From NCBI GenBank assembly GCA_011192195.1, contig DUEH01000001.1, positions 11,559 to 53,997 of the forward strand: DNA of 42,439 nt, written 5' to 3'. A program made the position numbers and the translations under genes. Under the pieces are notes generated by a model. It did not search any database and was not told the origin of the DNA. It saw only the letters and a program-made list of their open reading frames with translations. Every line of letters begins with the position of its first letter. Position 1 is the stretch's first letter. The DNA is from Chloroflexota bacterium (GTDB lineage: Bacteria; Chloroflexota; Anaerolineae; 4572-78). This document shows positions 15,301 through 24,045 of the stretch, piece by piece.

Positions 15301-18228
15301 ATGTCACTCACTTTATTATCTTCCCGACGATTTTACTTGAGTTTGTTTTTGCTGGCGATGCTTTTGCCAGGCTCTCCGGCTATGGCCGCAGCGCCCCCGC
15401 AGGGCGCGCCGCCCATCACCTACCTGCGTTACGATACGGAAATCGAAGTCAAGCCGGACGGCAACTTCACTGTGCGTGAAATTCAGCAAATTCAGTTCAA
15501 CGGCGAATTTTCTTACGCCTTTGCCGAAATTCCGCGTTATTATACTACCAATATCATAAATATCTACGTCTGGCAGGGCGATGAACTGCTGCGCCTTGGC
15601 GACAACCATCAGGCAGGAAATTATGAGATTTACCCGTCTGGAAACTCTATTGAAGTTTTGTGGGGTTATCAACAAACCTCTCCCGGCGATATACTCACCT
15701 TCACGCTGGAATATGAAGTTCAGGGCGGTTTGTGGGTCTACCCGGATGAAAATATTCTGGAATGGCGGGCGGTCCCGGCGGATCGCAGCGGGTTTGAGGT
15801 GAAAGAAAGCCGGGTGACGGTCAGGCTTCCCGCCGCAGTCCCCGCCGACGCGCTGCGCTACACCGCCTACGGGCCTGACTTTGTTGCCAAAAGCGACGCC
15901 AATCAGATTATTTTCACCGCCACGCGGCCCATCCCGGACGGACAGCTTTTTCAGGTGCAAGTGGGCTTTCCTTCTACGCTTATCCAGGCGCAAATGCAAG
16001 ATTGGCAAATTGATGAAGACACGGCCAAACTTGACTATCGCATCAAAGCCATTGACGTGAACCTGGACATTGCCGCCGGTGGGCGCGTAACCGTCACCGA
16101 ATTGCAGAACGTGGCGGTTGACGCCGGCGCGCTTTATCAGGGTTACAGAGACATTAGTCTGGCTTATTTGGATGATGTGAGCGATTTTAAAGTTTTTGAA
16201 GGCGAGCAAGCCTTTTCCCCCACCTCCGATGCGTGTGAAACTTATTGTTTTGAGGCGACAACAAGTGGGTATGTGCAAAAATGGATTTGGTATGACGAAG
16301 GGGAGCGCGCGCTTATTGTTGACCCAGGACGCGCGGGCAACGCGCAACTTGCCTGGAATTTTCCGGCTCTGGTCAGAGGAGAAGAAACAACCTTTCGCTT
16401 GCAATATCAAGTTGAAGGCGCTATTCAGGTGGACGAGAAAGCGCAGCAGCTAAATTGGACCGTCGCCTTTGCCGACCGCGATGTGCGAATTGAGTCTGCC
16501 TCCTTACGCATTGACCTTCCGCCGGGAGTAAGCTGGGAAAACGCTTATGTTCAAGGCGGAACCCTGATCATCAAACCGGATGGTTCTACCGCCATTGAGC
16601 GCGATCGGCCCATTGCGCCCGGCGGCGTTTGGCATATCAGTCTGATTATGCCCCCCAACGCTACTTCAGCCGCTAAACCGATTTGGCAGCAAGAACTGGA
16701 AGTTGCGCAAGCCGAGGCCCAACAAGCCGAAGCTCGCCGCGCGCGGCTGCAATTGTGGGCCGGCGTAGCAGCCGCCATAATTTTGCTTGGCGGTTTGTTG
16801 GGAGCGTGGTTGGTGTGGTATTTGTGGGGGCGCGATACCCCCACGCCGCCGCTCACAGATTATCTAAGCGAAGCGCCCTCTGACCTGCCGCCTGGCATTG
16901 TGGCCTATCTGGTTGACGAAAGGCCAACTGCCAAGGGCGTGTTGGCTTCGCTGTTTCATCTGGCTAGATTGGGTTTGTTGCGCATCAATATGGCTCAGGG
17001 AATGGTTTTACAGCGCAATTGGAAAGAATCGCTGGCTAAAGGGCAAAGCGTGCAAACGCCGGAAGGTAAGGTAATCGCCATTCCGGATCATCTGGTGATA
17101 CTCTTCAACGCGCTGCGCTCGCGCATTCCAATGGACAGGCCCATCCACCTGTCCAGCATAAGCAGCGAGTTTCAGAAAACCTTGCCCCGCGTGTACCTTG
17201 AAATGGCAGAAGAGACCACCCGATTTTTCAACGAACTGCCCGCTGCGGTTCGCCATCGCTGGCTTTCTATTGGACAGTGGTTGACGCTGGCCGGCATTGC
17301 AGGCGGAGCAATTGCCTATTGGTCCGTTGCGCCGGATTTGGGAAATGTAGCGCTGGCGCCGCCCATAGCCTTGCTGCCGGTAGGGTTGGCGTTTATGCTT
17401 ATCAGTCGCTGGATGCCCCAACGAAATAATCTGGGCGTGGAAGAAGCGGCTCGCTGGAGAGCTTTTAGAAGCTATCTGGAAAATATGAAAGAATACGGCA
17501 ATCTGGACGAGGCTCAGAAGATTTTGGACGATTATTTTGCTTATGCCGTGGCGCTGGATGTGGAGGAAGCAGTGTTAGCCAAAGCCGAAGAAATGGGCGG
17601 CGCGATGCCGGTATGGACCTTTCCGACCCATCTGGAGACTGTCCCGCTTCCTGATAAGGCCCTGTCGCCTGTTGAAGCGTCCTCTAAAAAGAGCGCAACG
17701 TCAGTTTTGAGGCGGCGAAAAGGTAGCAGCTCATCAAAACCGCCGCTTCAACCACTGCGTTTGACCCGGCAGGCACCGCTAAAAGGAGACAGCGACGAAG
17801 CGCTGCGCGATACTATTTCTCATTTCTCGCTATCGGGATTATCGCAGCAATTGGGGGAAACGCTGAACCAGGCCAGCAAAGGGATAAGTCGCAGCCTTAA
17901 TGTTGCCGCTGGTGGCGCTCAGGGAGATACGCCCTTTGTGTTGGTCTTCAAAGGGGTCAAGGGAACGGCGGAACTAACCTGGGATATTGGCGCTTCAACG
18001 CTGGACGTTGTGGGCGATATTCTGGAATCAGCGTCGTCGGGCGGCGGGGGCGGCGGGTACAGCGGTGGCTCCGATAGCAGTTCCGGCAGTAGTTCTTTCA
18101 GTAGCAGCAGTTCCAGCTCAACCCGCTGGAGCAGCAGTTCCAGCCGCAGCAGTTCATCAAGCAGCTCCAGCGGGCGCAGCAGCAGTTCTCGTCGCAGCGG
18201 GGGCGGGGGCAGCAGAGGCTTTGGATAA
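15301..18228 (+). CDS. DUF2207-family membrane protein with a duplicated ectodomain and a Ser/Gly-rich tail
   Basis: I moved the start to the ATG after AGGAG (MSLTLLSS... signal). ITYLRYDTEIEVKPDGNFTVREIQQIQFNGEFSYAFAEIPR fits the DUF2207 N-terminus. A second similar module begins LDYRIKAIDVNLDIAAGGRVTVTE. TM helices follow, and the C-terminus is poly-Ser/Gly (GGGGGGYSGGSDSSSGSSS...). Confidence 0.65.
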   Translation: MSLTLLSSRRFYLSLFLLAMLLPGSPAMAAAPPQGAPPITYLRYDTEIEVKPDGNFTVREIQQIQFNGEFSYAFAEIPRYYTTNIINIYVWQGDELLRLGDNHQAGNYEIYPSGNSIEVLWGYQQTSPGDILTFTLEYEVQGGLWVYPDENILEWRAVPADRSGFEVKESRVTVRLPAAVPADALRYTAYGPDFVAKSDANQIIFTATRPIPDGQLFQVQVGFPSTLIQAQMQDWQIDEDTAKLDYRIKAIDVNLDIAAGGRVTVTELQNVAVDAGALYQGYRDISLAYLDDVSDFKVFEGEQAFSPTSDACETYCFEATTSGYVQKWIWYDEGERALIVDPGRAGNAQLAWNFPALVRGEETTFRLQYQVEGAIQVDEKAQQLNWTVAFADRDVRIESASLRIDLPPGVSWENAYVQGGTLIIKPDGSTAIERDRPIAPGGVWHISLIMPPNATSAAKPIWQQELEVAQAEAQQAEARRARLQLWAGVAAAIILLGGLLGAWLVWYLWGRDTPTPPLTDYLSEAPSDLPPGIVAYLVDERPTAKGVLASLFHLARLGLLRINMAQGMVLQRNWKESLAKGQSVQTPEGKVIAIPDHLVILFNALRSRIPMDRPIHLSSISSEFQKTLPRVYLEMAEETTRFFNELPAAVRHRWLSIGQWLTLAGIAGGAIAYWSVAPDLGNVALAPPIALLPVGLAFMLISRWMPQRNNLGVEEAARWRAFRSYLENMKEYGNLDEAQKILDDYFAYAVALDVEEAVLAKAEEMGGAMPVWTFPTHLETVPLPDKALSPVEASSKKSATSVLRRRKGSSSSKPPLQPLRLTRQAPLKGDSDEALRDTISHFSLSGLSQQLGETLNQASKGISRSLNVAAGGAQGDTPFVLVFKGVKGTAELTWDIGASTLDVVGDILESASSGGGGGGYSGGSDSSSGSSSFSSSSSSSTRWSSSSSRSSSSSSSSGRSSSSRRSGGGGSRGFG

Positions 18229-18281
18229 TGACGAACTACGAATGACGAATGACGAAGGCGTCAGTACATATTCGTAGTTCA
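18227..18281. repeat. period-7 array (AATGACG AACTACG AATGACG AATGACG) with an inverted partner; likely terminator hairpin
   Basis: It begins inside the stop codon of the DUF2207 gene. GAACTACGAAT pairs with ATTCGTAGTTC. Confidence 0.75.
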
Positions 18282-18380
18282 TCGCTTGTAAGTATCTGAG
18301 CAAATAACGACGCTCATCAGGAAAGTAGATATGGACTTGAAGCCGATAATTTGATATACTGGTATCAACAGACGCCATAG

Positions 18381-18632
18381 ATGGGAATTGAGCGTGTAAT
18401 GGTACCTCAATCAAAAATCGAGCAATTTGAGGCTTCTACAACCCCCGTTTTGCGAGTGTATTTGCTGGGTTCTCCTCGCATTGAATGGGCCGGCCAGCCC
18501 TTGTCTATTCCCCGCCGTCAGGTTCGGGCGCTGCTTTATCGTCTGGTAACCCGGCTACAGCCCATCTCCCGTGAACATTTCTGCTTTTTATTCTGGCCTG
18601 ACGCGCCAGAAGCTACCGCCCGCCGCAACCTT
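18381..18632 (+). pseudogene. 5' fragment of a SARP/BTAD-family transcriptional regulator, truncated by an insertion
   Basis: The winged-helix N-terminus reads LRVYLLGSPRIEWAGQPLSIPRRQVRALLYRLV...FWPDAPEATARRNL. Family-like sequence stops where the palindromic element begins at 18631. No continuation is found downstream. Confidence 0.6.
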
Positions 18633-18761
18633 AGGAATGAGAATTTAATAACTTACCCAATCCGCCGGGAGATTGGAGATTAGAGATTGGAGATTGCATA
18701 ATCTCTTTATCTCCCAATCTCCAATCCCCAAATGGGTAAGTTATTTACGCACCATTCCTAA
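18631..18761. mobile_element. 131-bp palindromic MITE-like element
   Basis: Ends are TTAGGAATG / CATTCCTAA. Sub-terminal arms are AATAACTTACCCA / TGGGTAAGTTATT. The core is GAGATTG heptamers x4 facing CAATCTC-type units. Confidence 0.7.
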
Positions 18762-18864
18762 CCACGAATAGCACTAATTTACACGAATATAAAAATTAAA
18801 AATTAGTGAAAATTCGTGTTATTCGTGGTTAAAAATGTCTTTCCCATTGAACGACCCCAGCGCC
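18760..18864. repeat. family A repeat, copy 2
   Basis: See 1-105. This copy has the perfect 11-bp internal inverted repeat AACCACGAATA / TATTCGTGGTT. Confidence 0.85.
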
Positions 18865-19004
18865 CAATCGCATACAGGCAATATACGCACTCTTGCCTGG
18901 GTTAGCCAAGTTGGAGTTGGTCATCGTTGTGGTCATTTGTCGTCCAATTTGCTAAAGTGGGGTCGGGCAAGTTGCTAACCCTTCGACTACGCCCTTCGTC
19001 AAGC

Positions 19005-19820
19005 TCAGGAAGGGTCTCGGGCCAGGCTTGCCCCCCCCATTTCATTCTCTTGGCTCAAACGATGGTCATCGTCAAATTGCAGGGAGGTGTACAAGGATGT
19101 AGGCAAGCCAGGTAAAGTCAAAATACGTTCTTGTACCGGTGACAACGGGGTCACAAAGCAGAGTTCTTGCGTTTCTGACAGTCTCTGGGAGGGCATTATG
19201 AGCAGATTGATGTGTTCAAATGCCTTGAGTATTCGCTCGGTGGTTGGCCGGGTTGTGCCCCGTTTGGGGCTGCCGCGATAGACGTCGGTCAACTTGACAT
19301 CCGGGCGCTCTTTTGCCAGCGCTCGTTTGGCTTGATAATCGCCGAGGGCAAGCAAGCGCGAGCCAAGGGTCAACAGGTGAAAGAGACCCTGAGCGTGGTC
19401 ATCCCGCTGCACGTAAACGGGCGTGATCGAGAGGAATTTTCCCTGCAAACGACGGAAGATATTCTCCTCGATATACTGGTCTCGATAAGCCAGGACGCCC
19501 TCCGTAAGGGAGAGCCTTTTTGCTGGCGCGTTGGTGGCGTAAATGCGCCAGCCCGCTTTGAACTCAGCGTCGCTGATTGCTTCTTGATTGCGGATGACAG
19601 TCAGTTGGTAGCGCACTTTACGTTCGGTGCGGGCTGGCTGGCCTTTGTAAGCGCGAATGTGTCGTTCTTCGATCTGGCTTCATAAGTGCCGTCAAAAAGC
19701 CCCTGGACACGGTACTTCTTCTCAATAGGTTCGGCTACGCTTGTATGATAAGTAGCAATGAGGTAATCTTGGATTGTAGTAGAGATTATCTCTACGGCGC
19801 CAAAGCGGTGAAGTTCTGGC
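19005..19820 (-). pseudogene. IS4/IS1634-like transposase, C-terminal remnant with a frameshift
   Basis: The C-terminal signature-like motif is YRDQYIEENIFRRLQGK. The frame breaks near 19680 (..KKYRVQGLFDGTYEA in one frame, QIEERHIRAYKGQPARTERKVRYQL in the next). The N-terminal part is absent. Confidence 0.6.
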
Positions 19821-19867
19821 TGCGCTTATTCTACGGAAATAGTTAGTGAGATAAACTCCCGCTTTGG

Positions 19868-21340
19868 TTGCCGGCCAATACAACGAACGGTATCCATTCG
19901 GCTTCGCTCAGCACAGGTCTGGCCGTGATGAGTTTGCTCGGTTTCACAATCCGCCAGATAATTGAAGGGATGACCCTCCGCGGTCGAAGCCGCCGCAGCG
20001 GAAAAGGAGAATACGCGCTGATGGATCCGGCAACCTTGTCCGAAACAATCAGCAAGGCTAACGCGCAAGAATTGGAAAAGTTGTTCAATGGCGTTATCCA
20101 TTGTTTGGCGGCCTTTGGCATTTTTATGGCCGAAGCGATGGTAGTCGTAGACGGGACGCAGATAGAAACCACCGCTCTCTATCAAGGCTGCGGTTGCCTG
20201 AAGGTAGAGAAGCGCAAACGCACCAAAAAAGGGTCCAATGTGACCGTCGTCGAATTGGTCTTCGGTTGGCGTCTGATAGCCTTGATGGATTTGGCGACGC
20301 TGACGCCTATGGCTATAAAGGTGGTCAAGATACAAGCCAACGAAGCGCCCCACTTGCTCGAATTGGTCGAACAGGCTCAAGAAAATCTGGCTCCTTACAG
20401 TCGTATTCGCTGGCTGGTGGCAGATCGGGCTTATGTGGACGGCAAAAGCCTGTATAAACTGGATCAAATGGGCATTCGTTTCGCGGTCATTGCCAAATCC
20501 ACGATGCTGGCTCGTCAAGCCGCTCTGGATATGAAGGGCAAAGTCGCCTACTATGACCGCACTGAAACCAAACGGCGCGGGCAAGGACGTTCTCTATGGC
20601 ACGAAAAGTTGCATAGCCGTGTCTACGCCGTGACCAACATTCGGGATTGGGCTGCTTATCGTCCCCCTGTCGTTTCCGGCAAACCTTTGCGCCGCGAAGC
20701 TCGCCCGGCTCTCAATGCTGTGGTAGTCGAGAAATGGCGCAATCATCCTCCCTCTCCACACGGACCCAAGGTCTATCTGACAAACGCCCCGGTTGATAAT
20801 CCCTGGCTCATCGTTGACTTCTATGACGACCGCAGTTGGGTCGAAAACGGACTCTTTCGCAACTCCAGGCAGTTCCAAACTCTCGCCTATCGCTTGTGGC
20901 AAAAAAAGCAGACTTCCGGAAATGACAATGCTACACTTCATCATATCTCTGACCATCAGATTGACCGCGTTGCCCACCATCTTGTCAATATTGAAACCGG
21001 CGAGATTATCGAATTGCCTCAGCCTCCCAACCCAAATCCAACCCATCTCAGCAGCATTCTCCCCCTTCAAACTGATGACCAGCAAGAGCCCCCTGATATT
21101 ATCGCTCATAGTTTGCTGGACGGACAAGGCATTCTTCGTTGGCAACGCGCATTGGAGCAAGAAAGTCGAGATAAAGTTATTGTCTTTATCGGCAACCAAT
21201 ATGGCATTTTTAACCTCTACGAACTCCTTGTTCTGGTCGGCGTCTCCTTTCGGCGCTCTCCACCGCACCTTGACCCGCCTGATGTTATTCTTCGCCGTTT
21301 CGGGTGTGATGTCAAGGCTAGAGACGGGCCAGTTCAATAA
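19868..21340 (+). mobile_element. IS4-family DDE transposase gene (490 aa; the N-terminus is possibly incomplete)
   Basis: DDE candidates are VVVDGTQIE, WLVADRAYVDG and YDDRSWVENGLFRNSRQ (Y-x2-R-x3-E). TTG start immediately after an in-frame stop. I could not define the terminal inverted repeats. Confidence 0.7.
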
Positions 21341-21383
21341 ATTTAATTTACATAACGCTTATGTCGTAATTCCACAAATGATG

Positions 21384-21437
21384 GTGGATAACCGGCCTCC
21401 GGAGTCGGGTGTCTGCGTTCGAATCGCGGTGGGGGTT
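21384..21437 (+). pseudogene. tRNA-Arg(CCG)-like 3' fragment; the 5' acceptor and D-stem are missing
   Basis: Anticodon arm CCGGC-CTCCGGA-GTCGG, variable loop GTGT, T-arm CTGCG-TTCGAAT-CGCGG and 3' acceptor TGGGGGT. No complementary ACCCCCA lies upstream. Confidence 0.45.
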
Positions 21438-21480
21438 GGGGTATCGCATTGCCTTCTAATTATCATTTGACGAAATATAG

Positions 21481-21517
21481 AAAAGCTGGAAGCAAATAAT
21501 ACTGCTTCCAGCTTTTT
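21481..21517. terminator. bidirectional intrinsic terminator 3' of tRNA-Leu
   Basis: Stem AGCTGGAAGC / GCTTCCAGCT with flanking A- and T-runs. Confidence 0.7.
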
Positions 21518-21520
21518 GTG

Positions 21521-21603
21521 TGCCCTGGGAGAGACTCGAACTCTCACGTCCTTTCGAACACAGGCCCTCAACCTGCTGCGTATGCCAATTCCGCCACCAG
21601 GGC
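21521..21603 (-). tRNA. tRNA-Leu (anticodon GAG), type II with long variable arm, CCA not encoded
   Basis: Folded by hand: acceptor GCCCTGG/CCAGGGC, anticodon stem GCAGG/CCTGT, loop TTGAGGG, variable arm GTTCGAAAGGACGT and T-arm GAGAG-TTCGAGT-CTCTC. It is 83 nt long. Confidence 0.9.
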
Positions 21604-21650
21604 ATAAGCAAGGCGCATTATACCAAGATTAGGATTAACTGTCAAAGCAA

Positions 21651-21725
21651 ATAATGAGTTACGAATAACGAGTTACGAATTATGCGCCCCTATTTGTTAT
21701 TCGTTATTCGTAACTCGTAACTATT
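21651..21725. repeat. period-7 array (AGTTACG AATAACG AGTTACG AATTATG) with an inverted partner; hairpin 3' of the XDH operon
   Basis: Read directly. The right arm is TTATTCG TTATTCG TAACTCG TAACT. Confidence 0.8.
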
Positions 21726-21726
21726 T

Positions 21727-23940
21727 TTACTCAAGTTTCCCCAATGCCCGCAGGACGCGCTCCGGGGTGAGAGGGAATTGGTCAAACCAGATGCCGGTGG
21801 CGTTGTGAACGGCGGCGGTGACGGCGGGAGCGTAGATCAGATAGGGCATTTCGGCCATTCCGCGCGCGCCATAAGGTCCTTCAGGGTGCGGGTCTTCCAC
21901 AATGATTGATTCCACCCGCTCCGGGATGTCTGAGATGCCGGGGATGAGATAGGTGCTGAGGTTGGGCGTCAGGATTTCGCCGTTTTTGGTCTGAAATTCT
22001 TCCAGAATGGTGTAGCCGTGCGCCTGCACAATGGCTCCTTCTATTTGCCCGATGACCTGTTCCGGGTTGATGGCTTTGCCCACATCATTGGCGCAGATGA
22101 CTCGCTGCACGGTAATGAAGCCGGTTTCCGTATCCACCGTAAGTTCTACCGTTTCGCACACGTAACCGTAGGCAAAGTTGGGCATACATTCGCCCGTTTC
22201 CGGGTCAAAGGTGGTGGTTTTGGGGGCGTAGTAGGTGTATTCCACCTTAACCGGGCGTTCTTCGTTCTGCCAGCGCTGCAAGGCTTCCTCTGCCGCGCCT
22301 TTAACGGCGTTTCCGGCCATAAAGGTCAGCCGAGAGGCCGATGCGCTGCCAGCGCTGTCGGCGTAGGCGGTGTCGCCGGCAACCAGAGTGATGCGGTCAA
22401 TGGGAATGTCCAGCGCTTCAGCGGCAATTTGGGTCATTGCGGTGTGATGTCCCTGCCCCACATCGGAACCAGAGATAGACAGCACCGCTTCCTCAATTTT
22501 CGCATCGCCCAGCAATTCAATTCCGGCCCAGCTATTTTCGGGATAGCCCAAACTAAAGCCAATATTTTTGAAGCCCAGTGTAATGCCTGTCCCCCTGGCG
22601 GTATCGCCAACGCCGTCCACTTCCGGGGCCAGCCAATAGCCGTCTTGCTGCGTCCATCCGGCGGCCAGAGCTGTTTTTTCCAGTACCGTTTTCAGGCTGA
22701 TGCCGCCCGGTATGGGCGTGCCGACGGTGAGCGGTTTTTCTTCGTCCAGCAGGTTTTTCATCCGAATTTCTACCGGATCCATTCCCAGCGCTTCGGCCAG
22801 TTTGTTCATCTGGCCTTCGGCAGCAAATTGGGCTTGCGGACCGCCAAAGCCCCTGAAAGCCCCGCCGGGGATGTTATTGGTGTAAACGGCAAAGGCGTCC
22901 ATTTTGGCGTGAGGCCAGTAGTAGGGGCCGCCAACCGTCATAATGGCGTTAGCCAATACTTTGTTGCTGGTGTACATATACGCGCCACCGTCGCTAACGA
23001 TTTTACTTTCAACGGCTACCAGCGTACCGTCTTGTTTAGCGCCCCATTTGGCTTGTATGGTCATTGGGTGACGTTTGCAGTGGCCGATGATCGATTCTTC
23101 GCGGCTCCAGACAATTTTTACCGGACGATTGACGCCCCGCTGTTGCAGCTTGTACACGGCCAGACCCAGAATGATCTGCACAGAGATGTCTTCTCTACCG
23201 CCAAATGCGCCGCCGATGGCGTCGTGAATGACGCGCACTTTTTCCGACGGCAGGGCCAAGGCGTGGGCTATTTGTTCTTGCTCTTCCCAGGCCCATTGAC
23301 CGGCGCAGGCAACGGCTATGCGGCCTTCATCGTCAATATAGGCGGTTCCCGCTTCCGGCTGCAAGTAGGCGTGTTCCTGCCAGGGCGTGTGATAGGTGTT
23401 TTCGATGATTATGTCACATTGCTCCCAGGCAGAATCGGTATCACCTCGCCGAATTTTGTCATGGGTGGCAATGTTGTCCGGGCAGTGAGGGTGAAGTTGG
23501 GGCGCGTCTTCTTCCATTGCCGCAAAGGGGTCGGTGACGGCGGGCAGGTCTTCGTATTCCACGTTGATCAAATCGCAGGCTTTGGCGGCAATTTTTTCGT
23601 TGACTGCCACCACTACGGCTATTTGATCGCCCACAAAGCGAGCCACATCCGCGCCCTCTTTGCTTGAACCCGGACCGCACAGTACCGGTTGGTCCGGCGT
23701 TTGCAAGCCGTATTCGTTTACCGGTACGTCTTTGGCCGTCAGCACAAGCACCACGCCGGGCAAGGCTTCGGCGGCGGCAGTGTCAATGCTGAGAATGCGC
23801 GTGTGGACTCGTTTGGCAAAGTGTACTTTTAGCCAGAATTGGTTGTTGTGGTTCTGATCGCCGGGGTAAAGTGTTTCGCCGGTCACTTTGCCCCAGGCGT
23901 CCAGCCGATTGATAGATTGACCGATGAACTTGTGCGTCAT
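21727..23940 (-). CDS. xanthine dehydrogenase / aldehyde oxidase family, molybdopterin-binding large subunit
   Basis: 737 aa. N-terminal Ald_Xan_dh-type region (GKVTGETLYPGD, VLTAKDVP), then FGGRE, GGAFRGFG and the C-terminal GARGMAEMP typical of the family. Confidence 0.85.
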   Translation of the reverse strand: MTHKFIGQSINRLDAWGKVTGETLYPGDQNHNNQFWLKVHFAKRVHTRILSIDTAAAEALPGVVLVLTAKDVPVNEYGLQTPDQPVLCGPGSSKEGADVARFVGDQIAVVVAVNEKIAAKACDLINVEYEDLPAVTDPFAAMEEDAPQLHPHCPDNIATHDKIRRGDTDSAWEQCDIIIENTYHTPWQEHAYLQPEAGTAYIDDEGRIAVACAGQWAWEEQEQIAHALALPSEKVRVIHDAIGGAFGGREDISVQIILGLAVYKLQQRGVNRPVKIVWSREESIIGHCKRHPMTIQAKWGAKQDGTLVAVESKIVSDGGAYMYTSNKVLANAIMTVGGPYYWPHAKMDAFAVYTNNIPGGAFRGFGGPQAQFAAEGQMNKLAEALGMDPVEIRMKNLLDEEKPLTVGTPIPGGISLKTVLEKTALAAGWTQQDGYWLAPEVDGVGDTARGTGITLGFKNIGFSLGYPENSWAGIELLGDAKIEEAVLSISGSDVGQGHHTAMTQIAAEALDIPIDRITLVAGDTAYADSAGSASASRLTFMAGNAVKGAAEEALQRWQNEERPVKVEYTYYAPKTTTFDPETGECMPNFAYGYVCETVELTVDTETGFITVQRVICANDVGKAINPEQVIGQIEGAIVQAHGYTILEEFQTKNGEILTPNLSTYLIPGISDIPERVESIIVEDPHPEGPYGARGMAEMPYLIYAPAVTAAVHNATGIWFDQFPLTPERVLRALGKLE

Positions 23941-24045
23941 AGCTTATTCCGCCCTATTGCGAGATATTTTAGATAGAAATTGGGTAGTGGTTACACGGTA
24001 AGTGATGCTTCGGAGCAACAAAGTTTAACTTTGTCGCCCCATCAC

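Noticed and set aside
15316-16410. 364-aa minus-strand ORF. The same class includes the long antisense ORFs at 1801-2490, 7025-7657, 8096-8626, 9146-9675, 11098-11496, 13969-14685, 14505-15065, 29304-29954 and 33085-33486.
   Set aside because: Each lies inside and opposite to a gene with strong family motifs. They are treated as non-coding shadows.
1-18864. Direct family A repeats 18.76 kb apart with a tyrosine recombinase gene between them, read as an integrated or excisable element
   Set aside because: The interval contains rpoC, rpsU, a helicase and an RNA methyltransferase, that is core genes and no phage, conjugation or cargo modules. The left copy coincides with the window/contig edge, so the repeat is more likely a multi-copy dispersed element than an att site.
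19826-20584. 252-aa ORF on the minus strand, plus 19843-20172
   Set aside because: It lies antisense to the IS4-family transposase, which has the DDE and Y-R-E motifs. It has no motif of its own and is a shadow ORF.
22018-23667. 549-aa ORF on the plus strand
   Set aside because: It lies entirely antisense to the well-supported molybdopterin-subunit gene. Its composition is Gly/Arg/Val/Phe-rich with low-complexity character, typical of shadow ORFs in GC-rich DNA. I recognise no motif.
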